From positions 32,264 to 96,263 of the forward strand of contig CAWDMN010000011.1 in the NCBI GenBank assembly GCA_963803155.1: a stretch of 64,000 nucleotides of DNA. Reading direction: 5' to 3'. Shown piece by piece: positions 39,026 to 48,483 of this stretch; position 1 is the stretch's first letter; the number at the start of each line of letters is the position of its first letter. The position numbers and the translations under genes were made by a program. The notes under the pieces were generated by a model. The model was not told the DNA's origin, did no database searches, and saw only the letters and a list, made by a program, of their open reading frames with translations. Origin of the DNA: an uncultured Acidobacteriota bacterium. GTDB lineage: Bacteria; Acidobacteriota; Terriglobia; Versatilivoradales; Versatilivoraceae.

Positions 39026-39826
39026 ATGAATATCAGACGAAGATCTTGTTTGAAATTTTTCATGGTCTGTTGTTTCATTTTATTCCCGTTCCGCGGCTTT
39101 TCCCAGCCGTTGTCCGCCGCCGTCCTTCGCGTAGCGGCGGCCGCTGATTTGAAATTTGCTCTCGATGAAATTATTCAGGAGTATCAAAGACAACATCCGG
39201 GAATCAAAATCGAACCTTCTTATGGTTCTTCGGGGAACTTCGTAGCCCAAATCACGAATCAGGCTCCATTTGATCTTTTCCTTTCGGCTAACCTGGAATT
39301 TGCCGGGAAGATCATACAAATGGGTTTGGCTGTCCCTGGTTCGGATTTCGCTTATGCCAGGGGACGAATTGTTCTTTGGGCCCCCTTCACATCCCCATTT
39401 GGTTCGACCGTTCCGCGACTTGAATGGTTAAAGGATCCGCGGCTAAAGCACCTGGCCATAGCCAATCCTCGGCATGCCCCTTATGGAATGGCGGCTGAAG
39501 CAGCGCTGCGTAATTTGGGATGTTATGACATAGTGGCATCAAAATTGGTCTATGGGGAAAATGTAGCCCAGGCATTGCAATTTGTGCAAAGCGGAATGGC
39601 TGAGGCTGGAATCGTGGCCCTCGCGTTGGTTTTGGCTCCCGCCACTCGCGGTTCGAGCCAATATTGGGAGATCCCACAGAATCTCTATCCGAGGATGGAT
39701 CAAGGCGGAGTGATTTTAAAGAGTTCTCAAAATGTGGATGAAGCGTGGATGTTCCGTCAATTTCTTTTGGATTCCCGCGCACGCGATATTTTGAAAAGGT
39801 ACGGATTTGCCTTGCCTGGGGAGTGA
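39026..39826 (+). CDS. modA: Molybdate ABC transporter substrate-binding protein
   Basis: Signal peptide followed by ModA-like SYGSSGNFVAQITNQAPFDLFLSAN. GGAGG ribosome-binding site. Followed by modB and modC. Confidence 0.9.
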   Translation: MNIRRRSCLKFFMVCCFILFPFRGFSQPLSAAVLRVAAAADLKFALDEIIQEYQRQHPGIKIEPSYGSSGNFVAQITNQAPFDLFLSANLEFAGKIIQMGLAVPGSDFAYARGRIVLWAPFTSPFGSTVPRLEWLKDPRLKHLAIANPRHAPYGMAAEAALRNLGCYDIVASKLVYGENVAQALQFVQSGMAEAGIVALALVLAPATRGSSQYWEIPQNLYPRMDQGGVILKSSQNVDEAWMFRQFLLDSRARDILKRYGFALPGE

Positions 39827-39829
39827 ATT

Positions 39830-40504
39830 GTGGATTGGTCCGCCATTGTTGTGAGCCTTCGACTCTCCTTTTTGACTATGCTAATTTTGCTTCTGCTGGG
39901 TTTGCCCATGGGGTATTGGATTGCCTATTCCCGTTGGCGATGGAAGTTCCTGGTAGAAGCCGTGGTGGCACTCCCATTGGTGCTTCCTCCCACGGTGCTT
40001 GGTTTTTATCTGCTGATTGTGCTGGGCCCTCGGAGTCCGGTGGGGGGATTTTATGGCTGGTTGACTGGTTCAACTCTTCCCTTTTCCTTCGAAGGACTGT
40101 TAGTCGCTTCCGTCCTATATAGTCTCCCTTTTGCCGTCCAACCGTTTGCCGCTTCATTTGTCGCCGTCGATCCTCATCTGGTGGAAGCTTCCTGGTGTTT
40201 GGGCGCCTCCAGGGTTCGCACCTTCTTCCGGCTGATTATTCCGCTTTCACGGCCGGGAATTCTCACGGGAATGGTGTTGAGTTTTGCCCACACGCTGGGC
40301 GAATTTGGCGTGGTGCTCATGATTGGAGGAAATCTTCCCGGACGCACGCGGACGGTTTCCATCGCCATTTATGATGAGGTGCAGGCGCTCAATTATGTCG
40401 GAGCGGGGAAGACCGCGCTCTTTCTGCTGGTGGTCTCTTTCTTGGTCCTGGTGTTTACTTATGGGATCAGGCGCAAGGGAGCTGTCAAATGGCCGATGGC
40501 CTAG
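39830..40504 (+). CDS. modB: Molybdate ABC transporter permease
   Basis: 224 aa with five transmembrane segments and the binding-protein-dependent EAA-type loop (HTLGEFGVVLMIGGN). Confidence 0.9.
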   Translation: MDWSAIVVSLRLSFLTMLILLLLGLPMGYWIAYSRWRWKFLVEAVVALPLVLPPTVLGFYLLIVLGPRSPVGGFYGWLTGSTLPFSFEGLLVASVLYSLPFAVQPFAASFVAVDPHLVEASWCLGASRVRTFFRLIIPLSRPGILTGMVLSFAHTLGEFGVVLMIGGNLPGRTRTVSIAIYDEVQALNYVGAGKTALFLLVVSFLVLVFTYGIRRKGAVKWPMA

Positions 40505-41589
40505 AGTTTGAATTTGAAAAAAGACTTTCCGGCGGCTTTGAGCTGAATGCCGCTCTGATCGAGCCACCCGAGAGGCAGCCGGTAACCATTCTATTCGGCC
40601 CTTCCGGCGCGGGCAAAACCATGACTTTGCGCTGTCTGGCCGGTTTGGAAAAGCCCGACCGAGGTGTAATCCAATTTGAAGAACAGATCTGGTTTGATTC
40701 AAGCCGGAAGATTTTTGTGCCGCCTCAAGAGCGTCGGATCGGTTATTTATCCCAGGAGTATGCCCTGTTTCCGCATCTGAGCGTGCGCCAGAATTTAACT
40801 TATGGGATCCGACAAAAAAGCCGGCGGGAGAAGGATCGCGTTGTTGATTCGCTGCTCGAACGCTTCTTGTTATGTGGATTTGAAAAAAGCCATCCCGCCC
40901 AGCTTTCCGGCGGACAACGCCAAAGGCTGGCGCTGGCGCGGACATTGGCAACTCAACCTCGATTGCTTTTGCTCGATGAACCGCTTTCCGCGCTGGACGC
41001 GCCGACACGGGAGAATCTTCGCGTTGAATTGCGCTCCCTGCTGATCAAAAGCGGATTGCCCACGTTGCTCGTGACTCACGACCGGACCGAGGCCATCGCC
41101 TTGGGAGACCGGGTGGCGATCATGCTTCAGGGAAAAATCGAACAGGCGGGCGAGGTGGAAACGGTCTTTGGCCAACCGGCCAATTCCGCCATAGCAGCCG
41201 CTTTGGGAGTGGAAACCATTTTGCCTTGTCGTGCCTTAGGCATTGAGAAAGGATTAGTCGCCTTGCAGGCTGGGCCGGTCCGGATTTTTGCCGTGGATCC
41301 AGGATATTCGCCGGAGGGGGAGTTGTTGATCTGTCTGAGGGCTGAGGAGGTCTCACTGGAACGGGGCATTTCCGGGGAGACCAGCGCGCGCAATCACCTT
41401 CCGGGCAGAATTATCTCCCTGACCGCTGAAGGAGCATTGATCCGTGTCCGATTGGATTGTGGCGTCCCAATGCTAGCGTTGTTGACCAGAAATTCCGTGG
41501 AGGATTTGCAATTGACTGAAGGAGAAAAAGTCACGGCCACATTCAAAGCTACTGCCGTGCATATAATCTCGCGAGGCGCTCAGACTTAA
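40489..41589 (+). CDS. modC: Molybdate ABC transporter ATP-binding protein with C-terminal TOBE domain
   Basis: Walker A GPSGAGKT, signature LSGGQRQR, Walker B LLLLDEP. C-terminal about 130 aa form a MOP/TOBE-like domain. Confidence 0.9.
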   Translation: MADGLEFEFEKRLSGGFELNAALIEPPERQPVTILFGPSGAGKTMTLRCLAGLEKPDRGVIQFEEQIWFDSSRKIFVPPQERRIGYLSQEYALFPHLSVRQNLTYGIRQKSRREKDRVVDSLLERFLLCGFEKSHPAQLSGGQRQRLALARTLATQPRLLLLDEPLSALDAPTRENLRVELRSLLIKSGLPTLLVTHDRTEAIALGDRVAIMLQGKIEQAGEVETVFGQPANSAIAAALGVETILPCRALGIEKGLVALQAGPVRIFAVDPGYSPEGELLICLRAEEVSLERGISGETSARNHLPGRIISLTAEGALIRVRLDCGVPMLALLTRNSVEDLQLTEGEKVTATFKATAVHIISRGAQT

Positions 41590-41924
41590 AACCAGCCCAG
41601 GCGATTGGGTTTTATTCTTTAGGAAGGGCAATTAAATTACCGGCGCCGATTGGGACCGATCCAACTGAGCGGTGGATCCCTCATCTTTCCGCCTTGCATC
41701 GCAAGCCGGGCGGGCATGGCGAACGCGCGACAGGTGACTTCGTTTCGCGCGCACGCTCCACCTTAATCCGGGTCGATCGAGTTTTGGAATCCCGCAAAAC
41801 GCTTTGGATGGAAAATGTATTGGGATCTGCCAGGATTCGAAATGGAAATCAAACCAGAGGTTTGGCAACATCCGTCATTATTCAATCTTCAGTCCTGCGC
41901 GGATTCCAAAAAGAGCTTGATAGA

Positions 41925-42980
41925 TCAAGACCAGATTCCCGCAATACGAGTGTGGCAATGGGGGCAGGCCCCTTCGCGGAGGTTATTGTTAAAAACATGG
42001 AATCCTGCTCTTTCCACCAATAAGGCCTCGCAATTGGGGCAGTAAGTGTTCTCCCATTTTCCTACCCGGCTGGGAAGATTTCCCGCATAAACGTACCGCA
42101 ACCCCGCGCTCTTTCCTATTTCCACGGCCCGCAGCAGAGTCCCTGCCGGGGTGCAATCCGGTTCCGTCATCTTATAATCGGGATGGAAGGCCGTAACGTG
42201 CCAGGGAATATCGGGTGACACTTCCACCAGAAACCGAGCGATATCGTTGAGTTCCTCCGTAGAGTCATTAAATCCGGGAACGATCAGAGTCACGACTTCA
42301 ACCCAGAAACTCTTTAGATAAAGTTGTTGGATGGAATCCAGAATGGGTTGCAGCCGTCCTCCCAGCTTACGATAGTTCCGATCTTGAAAGGATTTTAAGT
42401 CGACCTTGTAACAATCCAGCCAGGGCTTCAAATAATCAAGCACCTCAGGAGTCGCATTGCCATTGGAAATGAAAGCAGTCTTTAAGTTTTTTTTCTTGGC
42501 TTCAGAAAAAACCTCAACAGCCCATTCGCTGGTGATCAACGGTTCGTTGTAGGTGCTGGCGACCACTCTAGCGCCATGGCGTAGCGTCAGATTCACGATT
42601 TGATCCGCCCTGATTTCCTGTAGGGATGCTATTGCCTCGGGATCTCGCAAAGTTTGTGAAGTCACCCAGTTCTGGCAATATCCACAATGAAGGTCACAGC
42701 CAAGCATGCCGAAGCTCAATGCGGCAGATCCGGGTAGTACATGGAAAAAGGGCTTTTTCTCGATGGGATCACATTGCAGGGCTGCAGCGTAGTTGGCGGG
42801 AACAAAGAGTGTGCCTTCCCGGTTGAATCGGACTTTGCATATCCCCGGGAGGTTATTCAAAATCAAACATCGATGTCCGCAGGCAAAGCAACGCACCCTA
42901 TTATCGGCCAGTTTTTCATAGAGGGTTGCTTCCCGAGTCTTTGTCCCCAGAAGCGTTTCTAATGTCGTCGAGTTCTTCAT
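41925..42980 (-). CDS. AmmeMemoRadiSam-system radical SAM enzyme (AmrS-like, pyruvate-formate-lyase-activase-related)
   Basis: 352 aa from MKNSTTLETLLGTKTREATLYEKL. N-terminal Cys pair (CFACGHRC), radical SAM CxxxCxxC (CDLHCGYC) and C-terminal CPNC...CPHC, as in the TIGR04337-type family. Confidence 0.75.
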   Translation of the reverse strand: MKNSTTLETLLGTKTREATLYEKLADNRVRCFACGHRCLILNNLPGICKVRFNREGTLFVPANYAAALQCDPIEKKPFFHVLPGSAALSFGMLGCDLHCGYCQNWVTSQTLRDPEAIASLQEIRADQIVNLTLRHGARVVASTYNEPLITSEWAVEVFSEAKKKNLKTAFISNGNATPEVLDYLKPWLDCYKVDLKSFQDRNYRKLGGRLQPILDSIQQLYLKSFWVEVVTLIVPGFNDSTEELNDIARFLVEVSPDIPWHVTAFHPDYKMTEPDCTPAGTLLRAVEIGKSAGLRYVYAGNLPSRVGKWENTYCPNCEALLVERAGFHVFNNNLREGACPHCHTRIAGIWS

Positions 42981-43119
42981 ACTTATAGAATATCTTAAAC
43001 TGTCTTGGACGACTGAAAAAAAATAATGCCTGGTTGGATTAAATGCAAGAAACGGTTGACAGAAAAAGGAGTTCGCCGGTATAATCTGGCGTTTATTTGC
43101 GTGCCGGGAGGATTCACTG

Positions 43120-43434
43120 ATGTATGCTGTTCTGAAATCGGGTGGTAAACAACACAAAATTGCCCCAGGTGACACCATCCGCGTGGAAAAGTTGGAAAAT
43201 GAAGCCGGAGCCCAAGTTGAATTCGATCAGGTGCTCGCGGTCAATGATGGGGGCAATTTGCTGGTGGGCCAGCCCTTTTTGTCCAATGCCCGTGTAGTAG
43301 GAACCGTAGTGGACAACGGCCGAGCCAAAAAAGTGATTGTATTCAAAATTAAGCGCAAGAAGCAGTACAAGAGGACCAAGGGGCATCGGCAAGATTTTTC
43401 AACCGTGAAAATCGATGCCATTAACCTCAATTAG
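43120..43434 (+). CDS. rplU: 50S ribosomal protein L21
   Basis: MYAVLKSGGKQHKIAPGDTIRVEKL... canonical L21. Confidence 0.95.
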   Translation: MYAVLKSGGKQHKIAPGDTIRVEKLENEAGAQVEFDQVLAVNDGGNLLVGQPFLSNARVVGTVVDNGRAKKVIVFKIKRKKQYKRTKGHRQDFSTVKIDAINLN

Positions 43435-43453
43435 GGAATGTTAGGGAGGAGAT

Positions 43454-43714
43454 GTGGCACATAAAAAAGGTGTAGGTAGTTCCAGGAACGGACGTGATTC
43501 CAATGCCCAGCGGTTGGGTGTAAAACGATTTGCCGGCCAGCCGGTGTCTGGCGGTTCCATCCTGGTGCGTCAGCGCGGCACCCGCTTCAAACCCGGTTTG
43601 AATGTCGGCTTGGGGAGGGATGACACGCTTTTTGCCAAAATCAGCGGCATTGTAAAATTTGAAGACAAAGGCTCGCAGGGACGATTTATCAGCATCGTTC
43701 CAGCTGCAAATTGA
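43454..43714 (+). CDS. rpmA: 50S ribosomal protein L27
   Basis: [28 protein letters not shown]... canonical L27. Confidence 0.95.
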   Translation: MAHKKGVGSSRNGRDSNAQRLGVKRFAGQPVSGGSILVRQRGTRFKPGLNVGLGRDDTLFAKISGIVKFEDKGSQGRFISIVPAAN

Positions 43715-43909
43715 TCCAGACAAAAATCCAAGATTGAATTTTTCCCCTGCCTTGGGAAATCTCATTTTCCCAGGACAGGGGATTTTGTTTTTTGGGGAAG
43801 TTTGGCGGGTACCTGGTTTTCAGGCGGAGAATTCGATCATTCGGCTGAATTTTTCAGGCGAATGATACTGAAGAAGACGGATGAAAACCAGCCATGCCAC
43901 GGAGCGATC

Positions 43910-44962
43910 ATGTTCTTAGATGAAGCCAAAATCCAGGTGAAAGCAGGGGATGGCGGGAACGGCTGCATGGCTTTTCGCCGGGAGAAATTTGTCCCGCGGG
44001 GAGGCCCCAGCGGGGGGGATGGAGGGCGGGGCGGCCACATTTACTTGGAGTCCAACCTGCGGCATAATACGCTGATTCAATTTCGCTATAAGCGGATTTT
44101 TAAAGCCGAACGGGGACGCCATGGCGAAGGGAGCAATCGGCATGGCCGCAACGGTGAGGATTTGATCATAGAAGTGCCGGCAGGGACTGTGGTCTATGAT
44201 GCGGCGACGGGGGAAGTTTTGCATGACTTCACCATGTCCAATCAAAAAGTCCTGATTTGCCAAGGGGGGCGGGGCGGCAGGGGAAATGCTCGTTTTGCCA
44301 CTTCGGTCAATCGGGCTCCCCGCAGAGTAGATACCGGATCCCCCGGCGAAGAGAGATTCCTCCGGCTGGAATTGAAATTATTGGCTGACGTTGGCTTGAT
44401 TGGAATGCCGAATGTCGGCAAGTCCACACTCATTTCGCGAATCTCCTCGGCTCGTCCCAAGATTGGTGATTATCCCTTCACCACGCTGGAGCCCAACCTG
44501 GGCGTAGTGGAATATAATCATTACCGGAGCTTTGTCGTGGCTGACATCCCTGGATTGATCGAAGGAGCGCACCATGGGCAGGGTTTGGGAATGCAGTTTT
44601 TAAGGCATGTCGAGCGGACCAAAGTCCTTTTACATCTTGTCGATCTTTCGGAAAATCACGCGGGGGATCCACGGAAAGATTTTGAGACCGTGACACAGGA
44701 GTTACGTGAATTTAATCCAGCAATCCTGGAAAAACCGGTGCTGCTGGTGGGTTCTAAACTGGACGCGCTGGATGATGCCAAACGGCGTCGGAAGTTGGAA
44801 CGCCTGGCTAAATCGGAAGGGTTGGAACTGATTCTGATTTCTTCCACCACGGGGACGGGGATCGAAGCGCTCAAGCACAAAGTAGCTGGGATGTTGGAAG
44901 AAATTTCGGCGAGTCTGGAAAAATTTCCAGACCTTTCTTATCCAGCCTTGGAGGTGGATTGA
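43910..44962 (+). CDS. obg: GTPase Obg/CgtA
   Basis: 350 aa from [19 protein letters not shown] (Obg fold glycine-rich N-domain). G motifs [18 protein letters not shown] and a later SKLD-type motif. Confidence 0.9.
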   Translation: MFLDEAKIQVKAGDGGNGCMAFRREKFVPRGGPSGGDGGRGGHIYLESNLRHNTLIQFRYKRIFKAERGRHGEGSNRHGRNGEDLIIEVPAGTVVYDAATGEVLHDFTMSNQKVLICQGGRGGRGNARFATSVNRAPRRVDTGSPGEERFLRLELKLLADVGLIGMPNVGKSTLISRISSARPKIGDYPFTTLEPNLGVVEYNHYRSFVVADIPGLIEGAHHGQGLGMQFLRHVERTKVLLHLVDLSENHAGDPRKDFETVTQELREFNPAILEKPVLLVGSKLDALDDAKRRRKLERLAKSEGLELILISSTTGTGIEALKHKVAGMLEEISASLEKFPDLSYPALEVD

Positions 44963-45198
44963 GCGAAGGCCGCCTGCGGGGATGCCCCGGAGACACAGAG
45001 GCGCGGAGAGTTGTTTGGAAAGCAATTAATTAGCATCAAGGGGAAATCTCAAAGGCAGTTTGGAATCCGCGATTTAATTGATCATTTCAAGAGTGCATAT
45101 TATGAGCGGGTCTTTTGGATTTAAAAAGACGAGGAGCAAGCAGCCAAATGTGCCGTGAACCTCTCCCTGCCGCCGCGGCTCTGGGGCCAAAAACCGGA

Positions 45199-45843
45199 AT
45201 GCGAGTTGGCATATTTGGCGGGACTTTTGATCCCATTCATTGCGGTCACCTGAAGTTGGCTGAAATGGCCAGGGATTTGGTCCGGCTCGACCGGATCTTT
45301 TTTATTACATCGGTTCAGCCGCCGCATAAAAGCAACAGTACAGGCGCAAACTTTCTGGACCGGCATGCGATGGTTGCTTTAGCGTTGGCTGGGCAGGCAG
45401 GCTTCATCCCTTCCAGCTTGGAGTTCGAACGTTCGGGGAAATCATATTCAGTGGATACCATTCGCCACTTTCGGAATATCATGCCAGAAGATGCGGAGTT
45501 GTTTTTTTTGATTGGAATCGATGCTTTTCTCGATATTTCCAGCTGGAAAGAACATCATCAGCTTCTTGACCTGTGTGATTTTCTGGTTTTTTCCCGGCCT
45601 GGCTTCGATCCCCTCCAGCTGCGGGAAAAACTCCCGCGGGAGTGGAAAAGCCGGATTCGTCAGGATTTGCCCTCTATAGATAAGGAAAGCCGGTCAAGTC
45701 ATGGCGTATTCTGCGTTTTCGACCTGCAGAATCCGCTATCCGCGACCGGCATTCGCACTCGAATTAAACAAGGCAGGCCCATCAATGGGATGGTCCCAGC
45801 GGCCGTTGCGGAGTACATAAGCAAAACGGGATTGTATCGGTAA
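45199..45843 (+). CDS. nadD: Nicotinate-nucleotide adenylyltransferase
   Basis: MRVGIFGGTFDPIHCGH (HxGH motif) plus SxT-type region. Conserved position after obg. Confidence 0.9.
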   Translation: MRVGIFGGTFDPIHCGHLKLAEMARDLVRLDRIFFITSVQPPHKSNSTGANFLDRHAMVALALAGQAGFIPSSLEFERSGKSYSVDTIRHFRNIMPEDAELFFLIGIDAFLDISSWKEHHQLLDLCDFLVFSRPGFDPLQLREKLPREWKSRIRQDLPSIDKESRSSHGVFCVFDLQNPLSATGIRTRIKQGRPINGMVPAAVAEYISKTGLYR

Positions 45844-45914
45844 GGAAGAGCGGCCTTTTATATTTTTGCCGGGTCCTCTTTCAATTATTTCATCTACGGA
45901 AAGGACAATGTGGA

Positions 45915-46391
45915 GTGGTAAGAACCGAAAAGAAGTCCTCTGAAAATAAGCCCTCTGGAAAAAAGCCGGCGCAAAAAAAGACGGTCGAGCGAAAAACCAC
46001 CTCAAAAAAATCGGCTGAAAAGAAATCCCCGGCTGCAAGACGCCCCCAATTAAACCAGGAGGTAAAAACTGCGATTGCGGCAGCCCAAAGCAAGAAAGCC
46101 CTGGATCTGGTCCTTTTGGATTTGAGAGGGATTGCTTCCTTTGCGGATTATTTTTTGATATGCAGCGGCACCTCAACGCCGCAGAACCAGGCAATTTCCA
46201 ATGAGATTGAGAAAAAACTCAAGGAAGCCGGGCGCACTGTGACCCACATTGAAGGGTACAACCGAGCGGAATGGATTCTGATGGATTATTCAGACTTGGT
46301 GGTTCACATTTTTTCCCCGGTCAGCCGGCAGTTTTACAATTTGGAGCGCCTCTGGAGAGATGTGCCGCGGATTGTAATACCGGAGTCTTAG
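45915..46391 (+). CDS. rsfS: Ribosomal silencing factor RsfS (Iojap) with a lysine-rich ~45-aa N-terminal extension
   Basis: C-terminal 110 aa LDLVLLDLRGIASFADYFLICSGTSTPQNQAISNEIEKKLKEAG...EWILMDYSDLVVHIF are RsfS. The N-terminus is MVRTEKKSSENKPSGKKPAQKKTVERKTTSKKSAEKKS. Confidence 0.8.
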   Translation: MVRTEKKSSENKPSGKKPAQKKTVERKTTSKKSAEKKSPAARRPQLNQEVKTAIAAAQSKKALDLVLLDLRGIASFADYFLICSGTSTPQNQAISNEIEKKLKEAGRTVTHIEGYNRAEWILMDYSDLVVHIFSPVSRQFYNLERLWRDVPRIVIPES

Positions 46392-46507
46392 CGGGACTTT
46401 GCCAGGGCCTGGAGGAACAGTCGGATGATTCAGGCCAAGACTCAACATAAAATCGTCCGCTTTGGTGGACCAATCAAGTTAGTCCATGCCCATTCTGGAG
46501 TTGAGCC

Positions 46508-46969
46508 TTGAAGATTCGTTTGCTGGTGGTCGGAAAGACCAGGAATTCCGCGATAGCGGCTCTCATTGCGGATTATGAAGAGAGGATCCAACACTTTTGT
46601 GAAATCAAAACCATCGTGGTTAAGCCGGAAGAGTGCGGACAGGAAGATCACGTGGTTGAAAAAGAAGGAATCCGGCTGTTGGAGAAAATCGGCGAGGGGG
46701 AATTTTTGATCGTATTGGATAGCCGTGGGGAGAGTTTTTCCAGTGAGCAGTTGGAACAATTTCTCTTCCGTCAATTTGACGGGGGAAAAAGAGAAATGGA
46801 TTTTGTCATTGGAGGCCCTTACGGTTTGTCGCGGGCAGTGAAAAAACGAGCCAACAAGATCCTTTCTCTTTCCAAGTTGACCTTCAACCATGAAATGGCG
46901 CGGCTTTTCCTACTGGAACAAATTTACCGGTGCTTTGCGATTAGAAATCATATCCCCTATCACAAATAA
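46508..46969 (+). CDS. rlmH: 23S rRNA (pseudouridine1915-N3)-methyltransferase RlmH
   Basis: 153 aa SPOUT-fold protein. MKIRLLVVGK...LSLSKLTFNHEMARLFLLEQIYR matches RlmH. Confidence 0.9.
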   Translation: MKIRLLVVGKTRNSAIAALIADYEERIQHFCEIKTIVVKPEECGQEDHVVEKEGIRLLEKIGEGEFLIVLDSRGESFSSEQLEQFLFRQFDGGKREMDFVIGGPYGLSRAVKKRANKILSLSKLTFNHEMARLFLLEQIYRCFAIRNHIPYHK

Positions 46970-47082
46970 TGTTGTTTTTGGTGGACTACTTGAGTATAAT
47001 TTTCAGTTCAATTTTGGGAGTTTAATTGGATCAGGGAAATTTGATAAGTAGAAGAGAACGTTGGAGACAGGAGTTCAGATAG

Positions 47083-47442
47083 ATGGATCCAAAGAAATTC
47101 GAACATTATAAAAAGAAATTAAACGAGAAAAAAGGCGAGCTTTCCAATATTGTGAGCAAAACGGAACAATATGGACGGGAAGCGGATGAAGAGGCGACGC
47201 AAGATATTGCCGATAAAGCCGCCAATTCCTACGCTAAGGAATTTCTCTTCAGCCAGAGTAGCGGCGATCGATATGTTCTGCAACTGATCCAGGATGCTCT
47301 GGCCCGCATTGAACAGGGCAATTTTGGCGAATGCTTGAATTGTGACAAAGAAATTCAACAAAAGCGGCTGGAAGCCGTTCCCTGGGCTCCGCTTTGCATC
47401 GAATGCCAGGAGTTGCAGGAACAGGGCTTATTGCAGGAATAA
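47083..47442 (+). CDS. dksA: DksA/TraR-family C4 zinc-finger transcription factor
   Basis: 119 aa. Coiled-coil N-terminus and CxxC...CxxC finger (CLNCDKEI...CIEC). Confidence 0.8.
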   Translation: MDPKKFEHYKKKLNEKKGELSNIVSKTEQYGREADEEATQDIADKAANSYAKEFLFSQSSGDRYVLQLIQDALARIEQGNFGECLNCDKEIQQKRLEAVPWAPLCIECQELQEQGLLQE

Positions 47443-47467
47443 CACTTTGACCCGGGCGGTCAATGCG

Positions 47468-48253
47468 TTGACCTCCCGGTTTTCCTTCCAAATTCATCCT
47501 CTGCAAAAGACCCATGATGTTTTTCTGCGGGGATTTGAAGCTGTTGCCTCAATCCTTTTTCCCCTGCATTGCCTCCTCTGTGAATCTCCGGTTGATTCTT
47601 TTAATGACGCGGCGGTCTGTTCACAATGTTGGGGCAAGATCAAACCTCTCCCGGATAGTTTATGCGTCCGTTGCGGCTATCCTTTTTCCTTTTTCTCCAC
47701 ATCCTCAATGGTTACACTCTGTGGGCCTTGCCGGCGAAATTTCTATTTTTTTGACTTTGCGCGGACGGTTAGCGTATTTGAAGATCCTCTTCGGGAGATT
47801 ATTCATGCCTTCAAATATCAAAAGCGGCTGAGCTTGTCCCGTCCTCTGGCGCAACGTTTAGCGGAATCTTTTCTTGGGATGGCCGCCCAATTCGATGCTG
47901 ATGGAGTAGTGCCGGTTCCCTTGTATCCCTCACGAAAGCGGGAGCGAGGATTCAACCAGGCGGAAGCCTTGGCCCGCCATTTTTGTCGAAGAGTCAACCT
48001 TCCCCTGCTAGGAAAGAGTTTAAGCCGCATCCGGCCTACGCTGATTCAAGCCGGGCTTTCTCGCAGAGAAAGACGGCTGAATATGAGGGGAGCATTTCGA
48101 GTGAAACGCCCCGAGATCCTTCGCGGGAAGAAAATCCTTCTGATGGATGACGTCTTTACCACTGGAGCCACACTGAATGAATGCAGCAGAATTTTGAAAG
48201 AGGCCGGAGTGGCCCGGGTTTCTGTTTTGACTTTAGCTCGCGTAGTGCGGTAA
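47468..48253 (+). CDS. comF: ComF-family protein (phosphoribosyltransferase-domain competence protein F)
   Basis: N-terminal double-Cys zinc ribbon (CLLCE...CSQC...CVRCG...CGPC) and C-terminal PRTase motif KKILLMDDVFTTGATL. Start uncertain (TTG at 47468 proposed). The 5' part of listed ORF 47342 overlaps dksA. Confidence 0.65.
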   Translation: MTSRFSFQIHPLQKTHDVFLRGFEAVASILFPLHCLLCESPVDSFNDAAVCSQCWGKIKPLPDSLCVRCGYPFSFFSTSSMVTLCGPCRRNFYFFDFARTVSVFEDPLREIIHAFKYQKRLSLSRPLAQRLAESFLGMAAQFDADGVVPVPLYPSRKRERGFNQAEALARHFCRRVNLPLLGKSLSRIRPTLIQAGLSRRERRLNMRGAFRVKRPEILRGKKILLMDDVFTTGATLNECSRILKEAGVARVSVLTLARVVR

Positions 48254-48344
48254 ATAGTTGGATTAAAGTCCTGTTTTTTTTCCAATCCCTCCGGAAAAAA
48301 TGGGATTATTGAAGCTCCAGTGTGAATCTATCGTGAGGTTGGCA

Positions 48345-48465
48345 ACCGCTCGAAGAGGTGCTGAGTAGTTGTGAATTCCGTAATGGGTTCTTGATCATGT
48401 GTGGACATTTTCAGGCGTGGCCGCGCCTGTCCAATTTTAATCCGCGGGGTGAGTGACCACGGGAA
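48345..48465 (+). repeat. Degenerate copy of repeat family 1
   Basis: GCTCGAAGAGGTGCTGAGTAG and ...GACATTTTCAGGCGTGG... resemble family-1 terminal and core motifs with rearranged orientation. Confidence 0.35.
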
Positions 48466-48483
48466 ACAGGGAGACGAAACACC

